64,000 nt of DNA from Gammaproteobacteria bacterium. GTDB taxonomy: Bacteria > Pseudomonadota > Gammaproteobacteria > Tethybacterales > CBDBMS01. The stretch covers positions 285,411 to 349,410 of the forward strand of contig CBDBMS010000003.1 in the NCBI GenBank assembly GCA_965207545.1. The letters run 5' to 3'. Below are positions 39,101 to 49,900 of this stretch, one piece after another (the stretch's first letter is position 1; each line of letters opens with the position of its first letter). A program made the translations under genes and the position numbers. Below the pieces are notes generated by a model that was not told the DNA's origin, ran no database searches, and saw only the letters and a program-made list of their open reading frames with translations.

Positions 39101-42100
39101 TCATGGAAGGGAACACGGATTACCGCTGGAGCTACAGGAGTGGAAATGCACTGGGTTTCGTCACCGCCGACAGTGTTGGAACCGCTCCGCCCGCCGGCGC
39201 GCCGATTCCTTCCCTCTATCTTGACGAGTCCACACGCATCCTCGCACCTGTCGGCGCCACGGTTCGAATTGCCGTAGATGCCGCCGGCGGCGAGCCGGGT
39301 CTTGCGATCAGCACCACTCTCGCGCCGATGCTTCTGAACCGGTATGCCGAGCAGTTGCGCGGCGATTCTCTTTACGTGATGGATTTGGACGCTGCCGACA
39401 GGTTCAGCCTGCCGGCAACGCCGCGGTCCGGCGGCAATCGGATCGACACGATACCGCTGAGGAACCAGCTCATCACCGTATCCCAGGCATTAGATTTTGA
39501 ACGCACCCGACTCATCTTCAACAGCGCCAATGTTTATTCCAGCCCGATTGAAACGACCGCGGACATACTTCTCACTCCTGGCGTTGATTCGATCCAGCCA
39601 GTAATAACGCTCAACTACAGCTTGACACCCTATTCTGACATGCTGCTGACCGGCACGGTCTCCGGTGCGGCGGTCAGCGTGACGGTACCGGCCGGCTCGA
39701 TTGTTGAGGTTGAATCGACACCGAGCGATTTTACGGTGTTGTCGCCAGAGGTGGTTCTGACCCGGACCGAGATCAGGCGCATCGCTCCGCATTTCGGCGG
39801 AGTGAATCTCGATCCTGCGATCATGCTGATCACGGTGTCGGCGGCTGTCTTGCGACAAACTGCGGAGCCTTTCCAAGTGGTGCGGATCAAGCCGGCACGG
39901 GGCGGAGGCTCGGTCAGCCGTGGCCGTTCGAAACTGTATACCCACTACGAGATCATGGGGGTCTTGCGCGAACAGGTGACGGTTCTTTTCGACAGCCCGT
40001 TTGAGCTTGATGCCTACACGTTTGAGCAGGGCGGTGACGCAGTGCGAAGGCTTGTAGTCAACGGCACCTTGGGCATGGATTCACGCATTTATCCGGAGGT
40101 TGCCATACACTTCTGGACCATCGACTTTGGGGTGAGCGACAATATCAATAACCAGCTAGTAGCCCCTCCTAACGTGGAGACCGCAACGCTCTACAGAGAT
40201 ACGTTCTCGGGTGACCAATATCCGGCGATTCCCAAGTACGCCGCCGGAACCGATCCGGGCAACCAGTTTGTGATGCCGGCTGGAACACGGGTTCTGCTGC
40301 CGGGTGCGAGTGCCTACGACTTTGGAACCGGCGAAATCAGTTCGGACCGGATTGTGTTCCTGCCGTCCCCAGTGTATGCAAATCCGGAGCTTGTAAGCAC
40401 AGTGACCATGTACGAGTTCCGCTCGCACCGTCTCGGCAACAATTTCAGTTCGGAGGTTGTGCTGTCGACAGCAACGGGCGAGACGAGCATTGATCTCGCC
40501 CCGCCACTGAGAACCACGCTCAGCGGTCTTGACCTGTTCACACCATCCGGAGGTGCGCTGTTGCGCGAGATTGACGGAGGGGCGATCGATTCCGAATTGG
40601 CAGGGGTGATGGTGACGACGCTGATTGAGGACCTGCCGGCGGGCTCCTGGCTCGACATTGCCGGCGGCAAGGTGCAGTGGCGCGGCACGGATCCGAGCTT
40701 GCCGGTGGAATCGATGCCTTCGGCGCTGGCGACCGTGCTTCGCGACACCCCGATGGTCTATGCCGTTGCGAACGAGTGCCGGCGCACCGCGTATCCGCAC
40801 CGCAGGGACTTCGGTCCCGAGTGCGCCTTGCGCGAGGGCGAAGGCCTCAAAATGAACGTTGCCGCAGGCTCTTGGCTGGATCTTCCGGAGGAGAAGGCGC
40901 TGGCGTCCCGTCGCATGGTGATTCGGGCCACGCCGGGTTCGCTCCTGTCGCCGACGATTTCCGTTTCGGTGCCGGCGTATGACCGGGACGCGATGAGGGA
41001 TGCCACAAGCACCGTCTATAACGACGTTCTTTGGGCGGAGGTGGACATGGGGGCGGCAGAACTCGTGCTGGTCACACTTGAATCGATGGTGCCGACAGGA
41101 ACTACGCTCTCATTCGCTTCATCCGGAACATTCCCGCATCTGCTTGATGCAGTGTTCCACGCTCCGGAACAGGGACTGGAGGTGGTTTACCTGAACGACG
41201 GCCAGAGCCTGTTTTCGGCGCTTTCGATGGCAGTCGACGACGGATACGGCAGTTTGGATTTCGTCAAGGCGCAGGTGACAACGAACCTGACTCTCTATCC
41301 GGGGGGGCAGTTCCAACTGTCGGACGGTTCCCTGTCGCGGGGCCACCGGCTGGTCGAGGTGCCTGCGGACGCGGCAATCACGATGGGTCCGGCAGTTCTG
41401 GTCACCAACGGAGGTCCCAACGCGGAAGGCCTGCTTAGCAACGGGGGCTGGCGTGGCGACATGACGCTTCAGGGTTTCCGTCCGCATCCGGGGAGTTCGT
41501 ACAACCTGACTGTTGACATGATGGGCAATCCTGCCTATGGCTACGACTATGACGGGTTGCCGGTCGTTGAGCGTGCGCCGCTGATCACCAGTACAAGCCA
41601 AGGCAGCCAGTTCCTGGACACCACGGGCAGCTACATGATGAAACCCGGATATGCCTGGAACGGTCTTATCGCCTCAGCGGCAACGATTTCCCTGCAAGAC
41701 ATGACACAGAGCAACTTCCGCACCGAAACGGCCTACCAAAACCGTGGCGGAGTGTTTGTCCGGCGCTATCCCGACTTGGACAGCTTTGCCAGAATGGGTT
41801 CGCACAATGTGATCCAGCTGGATGGCACGACGCGCACAGCCACGCTGCCTCTCCCGACTGTTGCAGTCACCGTATTCGCATCGGGCACCCGGGCGGGCCT
41901 GGAGTTCGATCTGTACGAGGCCGATCCGATCTTGGTGACATTTCACCTGTCCCATCTTTCCGCCGTAACCCTGGACGCCTCAACGCCGTTGCTGATGGAC
42001 GAGCATGGCACGGAGGATTTTCCGGTTGCGCGGAGAATCTACAATCCGAGCAGGCTGGTAGAGCCCTTTGTTGAAGAGGTTGTGTACGAGATTGATCCGG

Positions 42101-45100
42101 ATCTTCTGGCCGTTTATTCCGACAGTGCGTCAGCCCTGGTGACATTCGCGGGTCTCGACTACCAGGACGAGCTGGAGGTGAACTTCCATCCGAGAAGGCG
42201 TTCACGTGCCAGCGGGGTGGGGATGCACGTTTCGCATATGGCGCCCAACTTCTCCAGCCAATCCAACTCAATCGACCTGCTTGCGATGAACGACCTGTCC
42301 ACTATCAGCATTGACGAGGACGTTGCGGATCTGGCTGTGGAGGCAGCCGATTTCCTCCATGCGTACCGCGGTTCGGTGGTTGTCCACGAGCAGACTGCAG
42401 CAGGCTTGAACAGCACGGTGACCGTGTCGCCATTCCAACGTCCCCGCAACACCTACCAGGTGACGATCGGCACCGGCCAGCGGGCTGACGACGGCGCCAT
42501 TGCAAGCGGCGGCGGGCTGTTCGGCCTGCCGGTGCCAAGCGACTATGCAGTTACGGTTTCAGTGTCGCTTCGCGCAGATGTTCCCCAGGCGACGGCTCTT
42601 CCTGCATCGGTTTTTCACGAGGAACACTTCACCACGATACCTGCCAACCTGGAAATAGGCCGCAACGCGTTTTTCTCACTGAACAGAAGGCACGGGATCC
42701 AGACGACGCTGAAGTTCGGCTCCGACTTCACAATAGACGGCTATGCGTCGATCTGGCCGCAGAGTTCGCAGGGCGTTCAGAGCGGCTGGGGCTTTTCCGG
42801 CTTTACGGGGGACGGTTCGTATCAACTTTACTTCGAGAGGATGGCCGCGGAATTTGTGGATGGACCGCCTCCGGAAATCTGGCTCATGTTCCCCGAGCCG
42901 TATGCGAGTCTTCCATCGGCCGACGGCTCCATGATTGACGTCTATGCCGGAAGCATGATCAATCCCGTAACCGGTGAGATCATCCAGGCGCGGCCGTTTC
43001 CGGCAAGGGCTACGCTCACCCTGGGAGGCGGCGGAGCATCCGGCGCCATAGGCGGAACGGATGCAGACACGCCACGTCCGGTTTTGGCCACCCCGTTGGA
43101 TCCGCGGGTTCATCTCTACAACAGCTATAGCCTGCCGGTTGCCGCCGGACAGGCGCAATTTGACCCATTGCTTGTCCGGACGGCAGACGAATGGCAGGAC
43201 ACCATGGGCACAGCGGTGACACCGACCGGAGTCACCTTTTCCGGCGCCGCGGTGGATCCGCTCAGCACGCGTCACATACCACTGTGCTTTGACGACCAGA
43301 GCCGTCTGGCCGAGACGGCCGTACTCGGATGCCAGTCAGTGTTCACCGATGTGGACATGAATCTGCCCAACATGTCTACGCGAATCATTGCCGACCTGGG
43401 AGGGGCAGCCACTAGCACCATTGCCTGGGACGTTTCGAAATCGGAAACTTGGCTGGTGGAGAACGCCGCACATCCGTCCGCTTCGCTTGTGCACCGGGAT
43501 GTACATACCTTGGACGAGCTGTTGCTGAAGACCAGAAACAGAACAAACAGGTCACTTCGAAACGTCACGGAGATCCGGATTCCGGGCAATGAGGAACTCG
43601 TTGTCAACGCCTTCACACAGGCGCCAGAAGGGATTTCCGATTTCCGGTTTCCGTCCGGTTCCTGGGCGCGGGTAGGCGTTCCGGAGGGAACAGGACCGCT
43701 CACCAACCTGTCAGTGGGGATTGGCAACTGGGCATTCCCGAGCAGGGTGAGGCCGATACGCGGCACAATTAACCTTGATGTGGAATACGACGTTGCAATT
43801 GACCCGATAACACTGGACTGCGGGGGTTGCACGGTGACGGAGACAGACGTAACAGTGCCTATTAACGGCGTCGACACAACGATGCCGTCCCTGAGCGTCA
43901 CTGCGCCGCTGTCGCCAACGGAAACCTATGAGGCGAGCTATCCCTATCTGCACTTTACGGGCGCAAACGCGCCTCATCCCACGCTTGGACTGGCCTATCA
44001 GACTCCGATGGCCATAGGCACCCCCATGGTGTCCGGAGGCACATTGGTCGCGGCAACAACGTTGTCGCTGACAACATGGGCGGCATCCATTGCATTCGCA
44101 CCGGTCACCGGAGGAACGGGCGAGCTTCCGCTGAGGGTGTCGAACACTGACGACCGCGACAGGTTCCAGATCGACATGAAGCAGAACTTGTGGATAACTC
44201 TGCAGGACGATGTGGATGTGACCTATACATACCGTGGCGTGGTCACCACCCTGTTTCTTCCCGAAGGCACAATTGTGAATCCGATTGTGGGCACTTACCT
44301 GATTCCGCCCGGCGTGGGAGGTCGGCATGAGCGTCTGGAAAGCAGATCAAGCGCGCTTCTGGTGCCGAAAGGGCATCTGTCACTGACGCGGCCGGGACTG
44401 ATTCTTCCGAAAGGGGCGAGATTCCATGCGGCTCAAGGCGCACAGCTTGAAAACGTTCAGGCGGCGGTGTTTCACAGTCCGTATCCGCTGGAGAACGCCA
44501 AGGGTTGCGCAGTGGCTTCCGCGGCGCCTTTCGACCAGGTCCACGAAGGCGTGGTCCAGGGAGGCGCCACCCGGACAAGCGATCCGGTCTCAAGCGGTCA
44601 CATCTGCACGTATCTTGACACGCCGGAGAACACCGACTTCGACAATGTCTTCGACTACTACAGCGGGTCGCAGCGTTCACGTGGCAGAGTGGACCAGCCG
44701 ATTGACACCAATGACAGGGTCTACGCCCTGGGCGGACGTCTTGTCGGCGCGTTCCTGACCACCGTGTCCGCATCCATAGCGCCGCAGGCGATCACGCCGG
44801 GGCTGACGATCATCACTCCGGCAATTTCAGTGGCTGTGACAACGGCCATCCCGGTCACGACGCTGACACCGGCGGTGGTTCCGTTTGACGGCCCGACACC
44901 TCCGCCACTGGTGCCGCCGGTGCCGCCGGTGGGAGATAAGGAGTTTCTGCCTACCGGCGGAACAATTGTGACACACGACCCTCACCCCGCCGACGGTACG
45001 GAGTCCCAATTCAGTGTCCGCCCCGGGGTCATAATATTCAACAACATACACTTTACTGTTCCTCCCGGATCAGATGGTTATTTGCCGATATCGTTGGTCA

Positions 45101-45405
45101 TCGGTGGCACCTCCAGGTTGGTATCAGGAGTCGACTATAGGATAACCTTTAGGGATTTGCCTGCTACTGACTGTCCGGATTTTGACAGCGCGACTGCTCC
45201 GAAGACCTGTTACTTTTTCGTGCCAGACGACGTAAGTTTTTCCAGAACACTCTCCGACGGAAGAATATTTCACACCATCCAATTAGCTGTATCTTTTAGT
45301 GTACCGACGGTTGATCCAGTCGACCAAGACGTGGAGGTCTCGATAGTACTGTTCCCTGGCACTTCCCAGGAGGTCCGTTATACACTACCATTCAGCTTCA
45401 TATGA
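36124..45405 (+). CDS. giant (3093 aa) prepilin-like surface protein with an atypical Glu5-less N-terminus; first gene of the giant-pilin-like operon
   Basis: Single uninterrupted 9.3-kb ORF. Probable real start at the ATG at 36166 (MSRLPHPARRACRSERG|FIHILLVVLVTFGITVYG): a basic leader, Gly-1, Phe+1 and a ~20-residue hydrophobic helix, but no Glu+5. Shares the post-helix LPCPD motif module with the three downstream paralogues. No other recognisable domains. The 3' ~400 nt are AT-richer. Confidence 0.6.
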   Translation: MSMVHDEQSDSVRKMSRLPHPARRACRSERGFIHILLVVLVTFGITVYGFLPSLEEALISKTRLEHERYSDLFRARDALQKYALLGPDDRGSDRSEMPGVGVRRFLLPCPDLPASGEVFSDGISENSCLGPAGSIDVKRDIDLDLNDDLDSIQATSTKGNFIGFLPSRVANPHDANRPPLGILGETNETNSRNKLIYLVSPNLIRRDRPLNPTSLARRSEDWLELDNVIDSTYSTTDGPVQLEKQSNRIALMIMASGTNTPVCSAESPNSAAQRVGSWVDLFYDSSDRTADCTYPPSYRLDGKQHNRSLSRLSYVSAEQLITGGSADFEDIEVSGRPVNDVVAGNLNGVGVADLLKGYYARYGHYPDPAAFDIVTGAGYLAPLPHISDEPHSDSLYRRGGLSLEGISAMHHMNATVVTVGALVSPQAKRIRVNLPEDIAFDNGSGGAGSILQVPPFNTFQLNPGSHLKLASTDGFIPVNLTLPTETAFRTMATLGFKPLDLTAASGLVTTNVRLQMGSTVTMGNDVAAGRAYRSHHETFLPPGMQVLTESQFLTLFVPNTHLNFGGGVTITQTSIVNFPTDEVVAVEGIDVRVPNSAVVEELLAVQSTGGIMVGAAGQGGVARSFEIEGDVIALGVIPHAASPDVTIDGTTYVNSTTEADLPLLAPLRVSNKGFLPVDHIPDLNVVCASVNVAVVSLVSPGGGCGSPYLPNANVVLAPVESGALRLLLPSDMEFLSFPSEEGHGVMVESFPILNAAARDAAFVPNEAPSAFRMPEADYQVLDGSGVSSFPSALLAGIGVNTALERKPVPISLPAGSQLVMPLSSSTSLTLGKGFDLPFAYAVVPAGTRLPGVLPPGSIRPDGRKVPSVPASDLVEDDILLPRGGIVHFNNHLPDGNRLVLASTSLPNYSDLSIRGEMRNLAFEVVESMAVLYSAGSGVPTRLTLESGCFVMPYRTAWYCEEEVYRIQDSGDFLETVGNSLVEVGIQKTDFHHVMEGNTDYRWSYRSGNALGFVTADSVGTAPPAGAPIPSLYLDESTRILAPVGATVRIAVDAAGGEPGLAISTTLAPMLLNRYAEQLRGDSLYVMDLDAADRFSLPATPRSGGNRIDTIPLRNQLITVSQALDFERTRLIFNSANVYSSPIETTADILLTPGVDSIQPVITLNYSLTPYSDMLLTGTVSGAAVSVTVPAGSIVEVESTPSDFTVLSPEVVLTRTEIRRIAPHFGGVNLDPAIMLITVSAAVLRQTAEPFQVVRIKPARGGGSVSRGRSKLYTHYEIMGVLREQVTVLFDSPFELDAYTFEQGGDAVRRLVVNGTLGMDSRIYPEVAIHFWTIDFGVSDNINNQLVAPPNVETATLYRDTFSGDQYPAIPKYAAGTDPGNQFVMPAGTRVLLPGASAYDFGTGEISSDRIVFLPSPVYANPELVSTVTMYEFRSHRLGNNFSSEVVLSTATGETSIDLAPPLRTTLSGLDLFTPSGGALLREIDGGAIDSELAGVMVTTLIEDLPAGSWLDIAGGKVQWRGTDPSLPVESMPSALATVLRDTPMVYAVANECRRTAYPHRRDFGPECALREGEGLKMNVAAGSWLDLPEEKALASRRMVIRATPGSLLSPTISVSVPAYDRDAMRDATSTVYNDVLWAEVDMGAAELVLVTLESMVPTGTTLSFASSGTFPHLLDAVFHAPEQGLEVVYLNDGQSLFSALSMAVDDGYGSLDFVKAQVTTNLTLYPGGQFQLSDGSLSRGHRLVEVPADAAITMGPAVLVTNGGPNAEGLLSNGGWRGDMTLQGFRPHPGSSYNLTVDMMGNPAYGYDYDGLPVVERAPLITSTSQGSQFLDTTGSYMMKPGYAWNGLIASAATISLQDMTQSNFRTETAYQNRGGVFVRRYPDLDSFARMGSHNVIQLDGTTRTATLPLPTVAVTVFASGTRAGLEFDLYEADPILVTFHLSHLSAVTLDASTPLLMDEHGTEDFPVARRIYNPSRLVEPFVEEVVYEIDPDLLAVYSDSASALVTFAGLDYQDELEVNFHPRRRSRASGVGMHVSHMAPNFSSQSNSIDLLAMNDLSTISIDEDVADLAVEAADFLHAYRGSVVVHEQTAAGLNSTVTVSPFQRPRNTYQVTIGTGQRADDGAIASGGGLFGLPVPSDYAVTVSVSLRADVPQATALPASVFHEEHFTTIPANLEIGRNAFFSLNRRHGIQTTLKFGSDFTIDGYASIWPQSSQGVQSGWGFSGFTGDGSYQLYFERMAAEFVDGPPPEIWLMFPEPYASLPSADGSMIDVYAGSMINPVTGEIIQARPFPARATLTLGGGGASGAIGGTDADTPRPVLATPLDPRVHLYNSYSLPVAAGQAQFDPLLVRTADEWQDTMGTAVTPTGVTFSGAAVDPLSTRHIPLCFDDQSRLAETAVLGCQSVFTDVDMNLPNMSTRIIADLGGAATSTIAWDVSKSETWLVENAAHPSASLVHRDVHTLDELLLKTRNRTNRSLRNVTEIRIPGNEELVVNAFTQAPEGISDFRFPSGSWARVGVPEGTGPLTNLSVGIGNWAFPSRVRPIRGTINLDVEYDVAIDPITLDCGGCTVTETDVTVPINGVDTTMPSLSVTAPLSPTETYEASYPYLHFTGANAPHPTLGLAYQTPMAIGTPMVSGGTLVAATTLSLTTWAASIAFAPVTGGTGELPLRVSNTDDRDRFQIDMKQNLWITLQDDVDVTYTYRGVVTTLFLPEGTIVNPIVGTYLIPPGVGGRHERLESRSSALLVPKGHLSLTRPGLILPKGARFHAAQGAQLENVQAAVFHSPYPLENAKGCAVASAAPFDQVHEGVVQGGATRTSDPVSSGHICTYLDTPENTDFDNVFDYYSGSQRSRGRVDQPIDTNDRVYALGGRLVGAFLTTVSASIAPQAITPGLTIITPAISVAVTTAIPVTTLTPAVVPFDGPTPPPLVPPVPPVGDKEFLPTGGTIVTHDPHPADGTESQFSVRPGVIIFNNIHFTVPPGSDGYLPISLVIGGTSRLVSGVDYRITFRDLPATDCPDFDSATAPKTCYFFVPDDVSFSRTLSDGRIFHTIQLAVSFSVPTVDPVDQDVEVSIVLFPGTSQEVRYTLPFSFI

Positions 45406-46982
45406 GTAAGGCTGGCCAGGGAACGTCCATGAACCGGAGCGGGAGCCTCCGTGCCGTTGCGCGGCCGCGTGGCGTCCGAGGCTACTCGATTGTGGAGCTG
45501 ACGATTGTGCTGGTGGCGGGTGCGCTTCTGGCGAGCGGACCCATTCTTCTGATCCAAAACAAGGTTCTTCAGGACAACTATGATTCGGTGGCGCGCCAAT
45601 TGGAAGTGATCAGGTTCAACGTGGCTGACTATGCGGCATCACACCGGACGGTTGAGCGCCACGTCGAGGTGGCCGGCACCGTTCATGCACTGCCGGGAGG
45701 GCGCCCCTATCTGCCGTGTCCGGACGTGACGGGTGACGGCATTGAGGATCGCATGGGCCTGACCATTCCACAGACAGTCACGGTTGCGCCCGGCGCTGCC
45801 ATAGGAAGCGCCGAAGGGCAATGCGTGAGCAGCCTGGGCTGGCTTCCGCATGCGACCCTGGGCAGCCAGCCGGCCGATCCCTGGGGGAACCGCCTTGTCT
45901 ACCGTGTGGACATGGTGATGTCCAATGCGTTGGTTGGCTTCGGTCCCGGACAGCGTGCCGGCTCCTACGATCTGGCGGGCTTGGTGAGAAGCAATGCCTC
46001 GGGCCCCCCCTCGTATCCGCTTCTTTCGGCTCGGGGAGGGACCGCCTTGTATCTGCCTCCGGTAATCTGCGTTGGCGGCTATCCCGCCACCGACAACGAC
46101 CATTCCTGTCCCAATGGCGACTACAAGGGCAGTGTTGTTCCGGCGGGGGCTTCAATAGGTCTAACGCTGGCATCATGGTCGGACATCAGCGGACTGCCGG
46201 AAGTGTACAGCACGGTTGATTCGGGTTCCTATTCGATGTCAGTTCACGACGGTCTTGCATTTGTCATCCTCTCCCCCGGACGGCACTATAGGCCTCCCTT
46301 ATATCAACAAGCCGAGGTTGGAACGGCGGTAGCCGGTGTGTGTACGAGATCAACGAGCGCCCAGGGAGCGGCTGGGATTGAGAACTCAGACACCTACAAC
46401 TATAATCAGCTTCATGGCAGCCTGTGCGGCACGCGTTCGACCGCATCCCCTCTGTTCTACCTGCCCCTGCGGCCTAATGCGTATGCCGCGTATGAATCGG
46501 AGAGTGACGGATCGAGCGCTAGCGACGACCAGGCTGCCTGGATGTCGACAGGGGAGCTGATGGGTCTGCTTGACGACCTGGCAGTCTTTCCCGTCAGCGC
46601 ATTTCCGGTGATTCCGGGATCAGCGTCAGTTCTGACAGGGCAGGGCGTTTCGGTCTCGGCGTCGCCGGCGACTGTCACGTTGCAGCCTGGCGTTGCATCA
46701 GCCGTGACACTTAATGCCAGTGCGGCGGCCACCTTGGCGCTGGATCTCCCGGGCAGTGATTCGGTCTACCACTTTCTCATGGATGTCGCAGGAACAACCG
46801 TCACGGTCTGTACGAGTCTGCTGACCTGTGAGTTGAACCTGTCCAGCGGCGACACCGAACTGAGCATTCTTTCCAGTGGCACAGTCACGGCAGAGATAAC
46901 CCTTTCTGGCGGCGGAAAGCTGGTGCTTGCCCGTCAGCCCCTGCCAACCAGCATAGCCGTTCCATGGGCGCCCTCGCCATGA
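45402..46982 (+). CDS. large (526 aa) type IV prepilin-like protein (class III signal peptide)
   Basis: ATGA overlap with the upstream gene. The N-terminus ...RGVRG|YSIVELTIVLVAGALLASG has Gly-1, Glu+5 and a hydrophobic alpha1 helix. GRPYLPCPDVTGDGIEDR and WGNRLVYRV motifs shared with the paralogues. Confidence 0.65.
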   Translation: MSKAGQGTSMNRSGSLRAVARPRGVRGYSIVELTIVLVAGALLASGPILLIQNKVLQDNYDSVARQLEVIRFNVADYAASHRTVERHVEVAGTVHALPGGRPYLPCPDVTGDGIEDRMGLTIPQTVTVAPGAAIGSAEGQCVSSLGWLPHATLGSQPADPWGNRLVYRVDMVMSNALVGFGPGQRAGSYDLAGLVRSNASGPPSYPLLSARGGTALYLPPVICVGGYPATDNDHSCPNGDYKGSVVPAGASIGLTLASWSDISGLPEVYSTVDSGSYSMSVHDGLAFVILSPGRHYRPPLYQQAEVGTAVAGVCTRSTSAQGAAGIENSDTYNYNQLHGSLCGTRSTASPLFYLPLRPNAYAAYESESDGSSASDDQAAWMSTGELMGLLDDLAVFPVSAFPVIPGSASVLTGQGVSVSASPATVTLQPGVASAVTLNASAAATLALDLPGSDSVYHFLMDVAGTTVTVCTSLLTCELNLSSGDTELSILSSGTVTAEITLSGGGKLVLARQPLPTSIAVPWAPSP

Positions 46983-49900
46983 GAGATTGCGTCAGCAGAT
47001 TCAGCCGGTCTTTCCGAACCGGACGAAAAGGTGCGGACTGTCCCGGGTTCCGTACACGCGCGGGCGGCTTCACGATCGTGGAGATGGCGATCGTGCTTGT
47101 GGTGCTGGGCCTGCTTCTGAGTTCGGCCTTGACTCCTCTGCGGCACCGCTGGGAGAACGGGAAGTACGAAGATGAACGGGAGAGGATCGAGCAGCGTCGC
47201 CAGGCGTTGGTTGCGTATGCTACGCAGAACCGGACGGAAGAGCGTACCGTTGTGCTTGAAGACCTGGGCTGGAGCTACACGATCCCGGCGGGACGTCCCT
47301 ATCTGCCGTGTCCGGACATTGACGGCGATGGTCTTGAAGACCGGCTGGCGACGAGTGGACTTCCTGATTCTGGGACTGCAATCACTCTTGAAAGCGCATC
47401 AAATTTCCGGGGGATTGCGGCGGCCGGGGGATGCCAGCACTACCAAGGACTGTTCCCGTGGGGTTCGGTTGGCACTGAAGCGAATGACACTTGGGGGCGT
47501 CTCTACATCTACCGTGTACATCCGTCGTTCAGCAACAATGTGTCGGGTTTCGATCACCTGACAAGAGCGGACGTCTACGACGAGACGTCAGGCCTGGTCG
47601 TCAGCACGGTGACGGTTAACTATGCCGGCAAGGATCTGGTTCCGACCTCGGCCATCTCCAACGACAGCATCAGGTTTCTCTACAACACCGAACTGAGCGA
47701 CCAGGCCACGGTGACAGTGACAACCTATCAGAGTCTCTACGAATCGACAGCGACAACCACGACAGCGACGATTAACGGCGTAACGGCAGTGCTGGTTCAT
47801 GACGAGCGTCCATTTGGCGTCTGTGCGCCGGGGGTGAGGGCGGCGGCCGGAGCGACAGTTACAATGAGTGCGCACTGTCCCGATGCCGATGCGGTGGCCG
47901 GCGTGGCGCTTACGATGAGCACTGCGAGCAACGTGGTCGAGTTCGACCCTCCACGCACAGGGATCAGCGGGCCGCTCCTCGTTCGCGCCTACATGGGGAG
48001 CGACAACGGAGCGGATGCCGACGACATCCCCAGGAGTTTCAAGGAGGGGGTCGTGTTCGGAGTGGTGTCGACCGGACAGAACGGCTACGGCGGCTTTGTC
48101 CGGAATGCAGCCGGAGGCCTGGCGTGTGGCAGTCATCCTGTTCCCGACGAGCCGTCGCCGGAGGTGATGCATTTGAGTCTGCTAAAAAACGTGAGCGGTC
48201 ACTGCAGCACATTGCCTACCAGCTACGCCCCCCATTATGAAGGAAACCTGTACTATCTGCCGCGCACCGAGCCGACAACTTTCGAAGCGGACTCGGAAAC
48301 AAGCTCACCTGTTGGCTTTGATGACGTGATTGGCTGGATGGGGCCAGATGAGTTCGTCGGAAAGCTGGCTCGGCAGGATGTGTTTCCAGTTGAAATGTAT
48401 CCGTACATAGGACTTCCGCTCGATTCGACAACCGTTGCAATGTCGGTGGCGCCGGCACTGGGGGTTGACTACACCGGAGCTCCGGGTTCCTCTGTGACGA
48501 TTGACCCTGCGCGTGATGCATCGGGGAGTGCCCGCTTTGTGGGCAGGACGGATCCGCCGCTGCCGCTGTCGGATGGCACGACGATTTCCCTGACGGTACA
48601 GGTGGACCAGGAAGACGGAAACACGACCCAGGTTCCATTCCGGTTCGACACCGAGGATGTGACCCTGACGCTGGAAGCAACCGGCGCCCCGTGCGTGGAC
48701 GACATGGACACCCCCTTGCCTGAGATAACGGGTGGTGACAGCTGTCTGATCTCGGTAACAGGCCGCGTGCCGGCGGATATTCTGCTGAGCGTGACCGGGG
48801 TGACGGTGGATGACTTTGTCAATGCAGCGGCAACCATCCAGATGGTGCCCTTTATCGGCACAAGCCCGACGGTGTCGCTAGCTCATCCTTCCGTCGCGAT
48901 CCTGACGCCGAACAGCGCGGCCGGCAGCATTGTGTTTGCCCCCTCGGACGTGTTCTACACACCGGCGGTTGCGCCAGGTTTGGAGATGCTGGCGACATTG
49001 CAGGCTCTGTACATACCTGAGGCCGACGGAGTGCCGCAGACGCTGACACTGGAGGCGGCGTCCATTCCGGCAGGCGTGACACTGACGCTGGGAGGAGTGC
49101 CGTCATGCATCTCCGTCGGCGTGAACATGTGCGAGTATCGGTTCGGCGGCATGACGACAGAATTTGATGCGACACTTTCTGCCCAGGATCTAACCACGGC
49201 CGCGTCCTTCTCGGTTACAGTGGCTGGCGGGGGTGCGGTTCTGACGATCCGCACCCGCACAGCGCCATTCGTCGATGAATTCAGGGTTCTTGGCGGATCG
49301 GCGGCGACAACCTATTTTCGCACAGGAGCCCCCGTGCTGAAGCGTTTTGCACTCAAGGGGGGCGGTCTTCAGCCTCTGGAGCGGCTTACGGTGACGGTCT
49401 CGATCAGCAGCAACAGGATGACTTCGTCGGAGAAGTTCATCAATACGGACATCAGTGTCGCAACGCCGGAGGCGGAGTGCTACGACAATGTGATGGTGCC
49501 GCCTGTACAGGCAACGATGGTTGGACACGGCGACCACTGCGTATTCGAACTGACTGGAAGCAACGAGGCGCGGTTTCTTCTGCGGCTGAACGAACTGCGG
49601 CCTGAGCTGATCACCCTGACGACCACGCCAACGGGCTTGGAGCTGGCCCTTCGGGAAACGACGTCCACTGCGCCCGGAGTGTATTTCGATCCGAGGGTGC
49701 TTCCGTACATCACCGCGACGCCCACGCCTGGAGCAACAAGGCTGGCCGGAGCCACACTTCATGTGTCCACAGGAACCGGAGCCGCCCCGTCAAGTGACTT
49801 TGTGTTCACGCTGACCTCGGCACCGCCGAGTCCGATCGTGCTGGCTGCCGCATTTGCCGCCGGTGTGACGCCGTCAACCTGCAGTTTTTCCGGTGGGACG

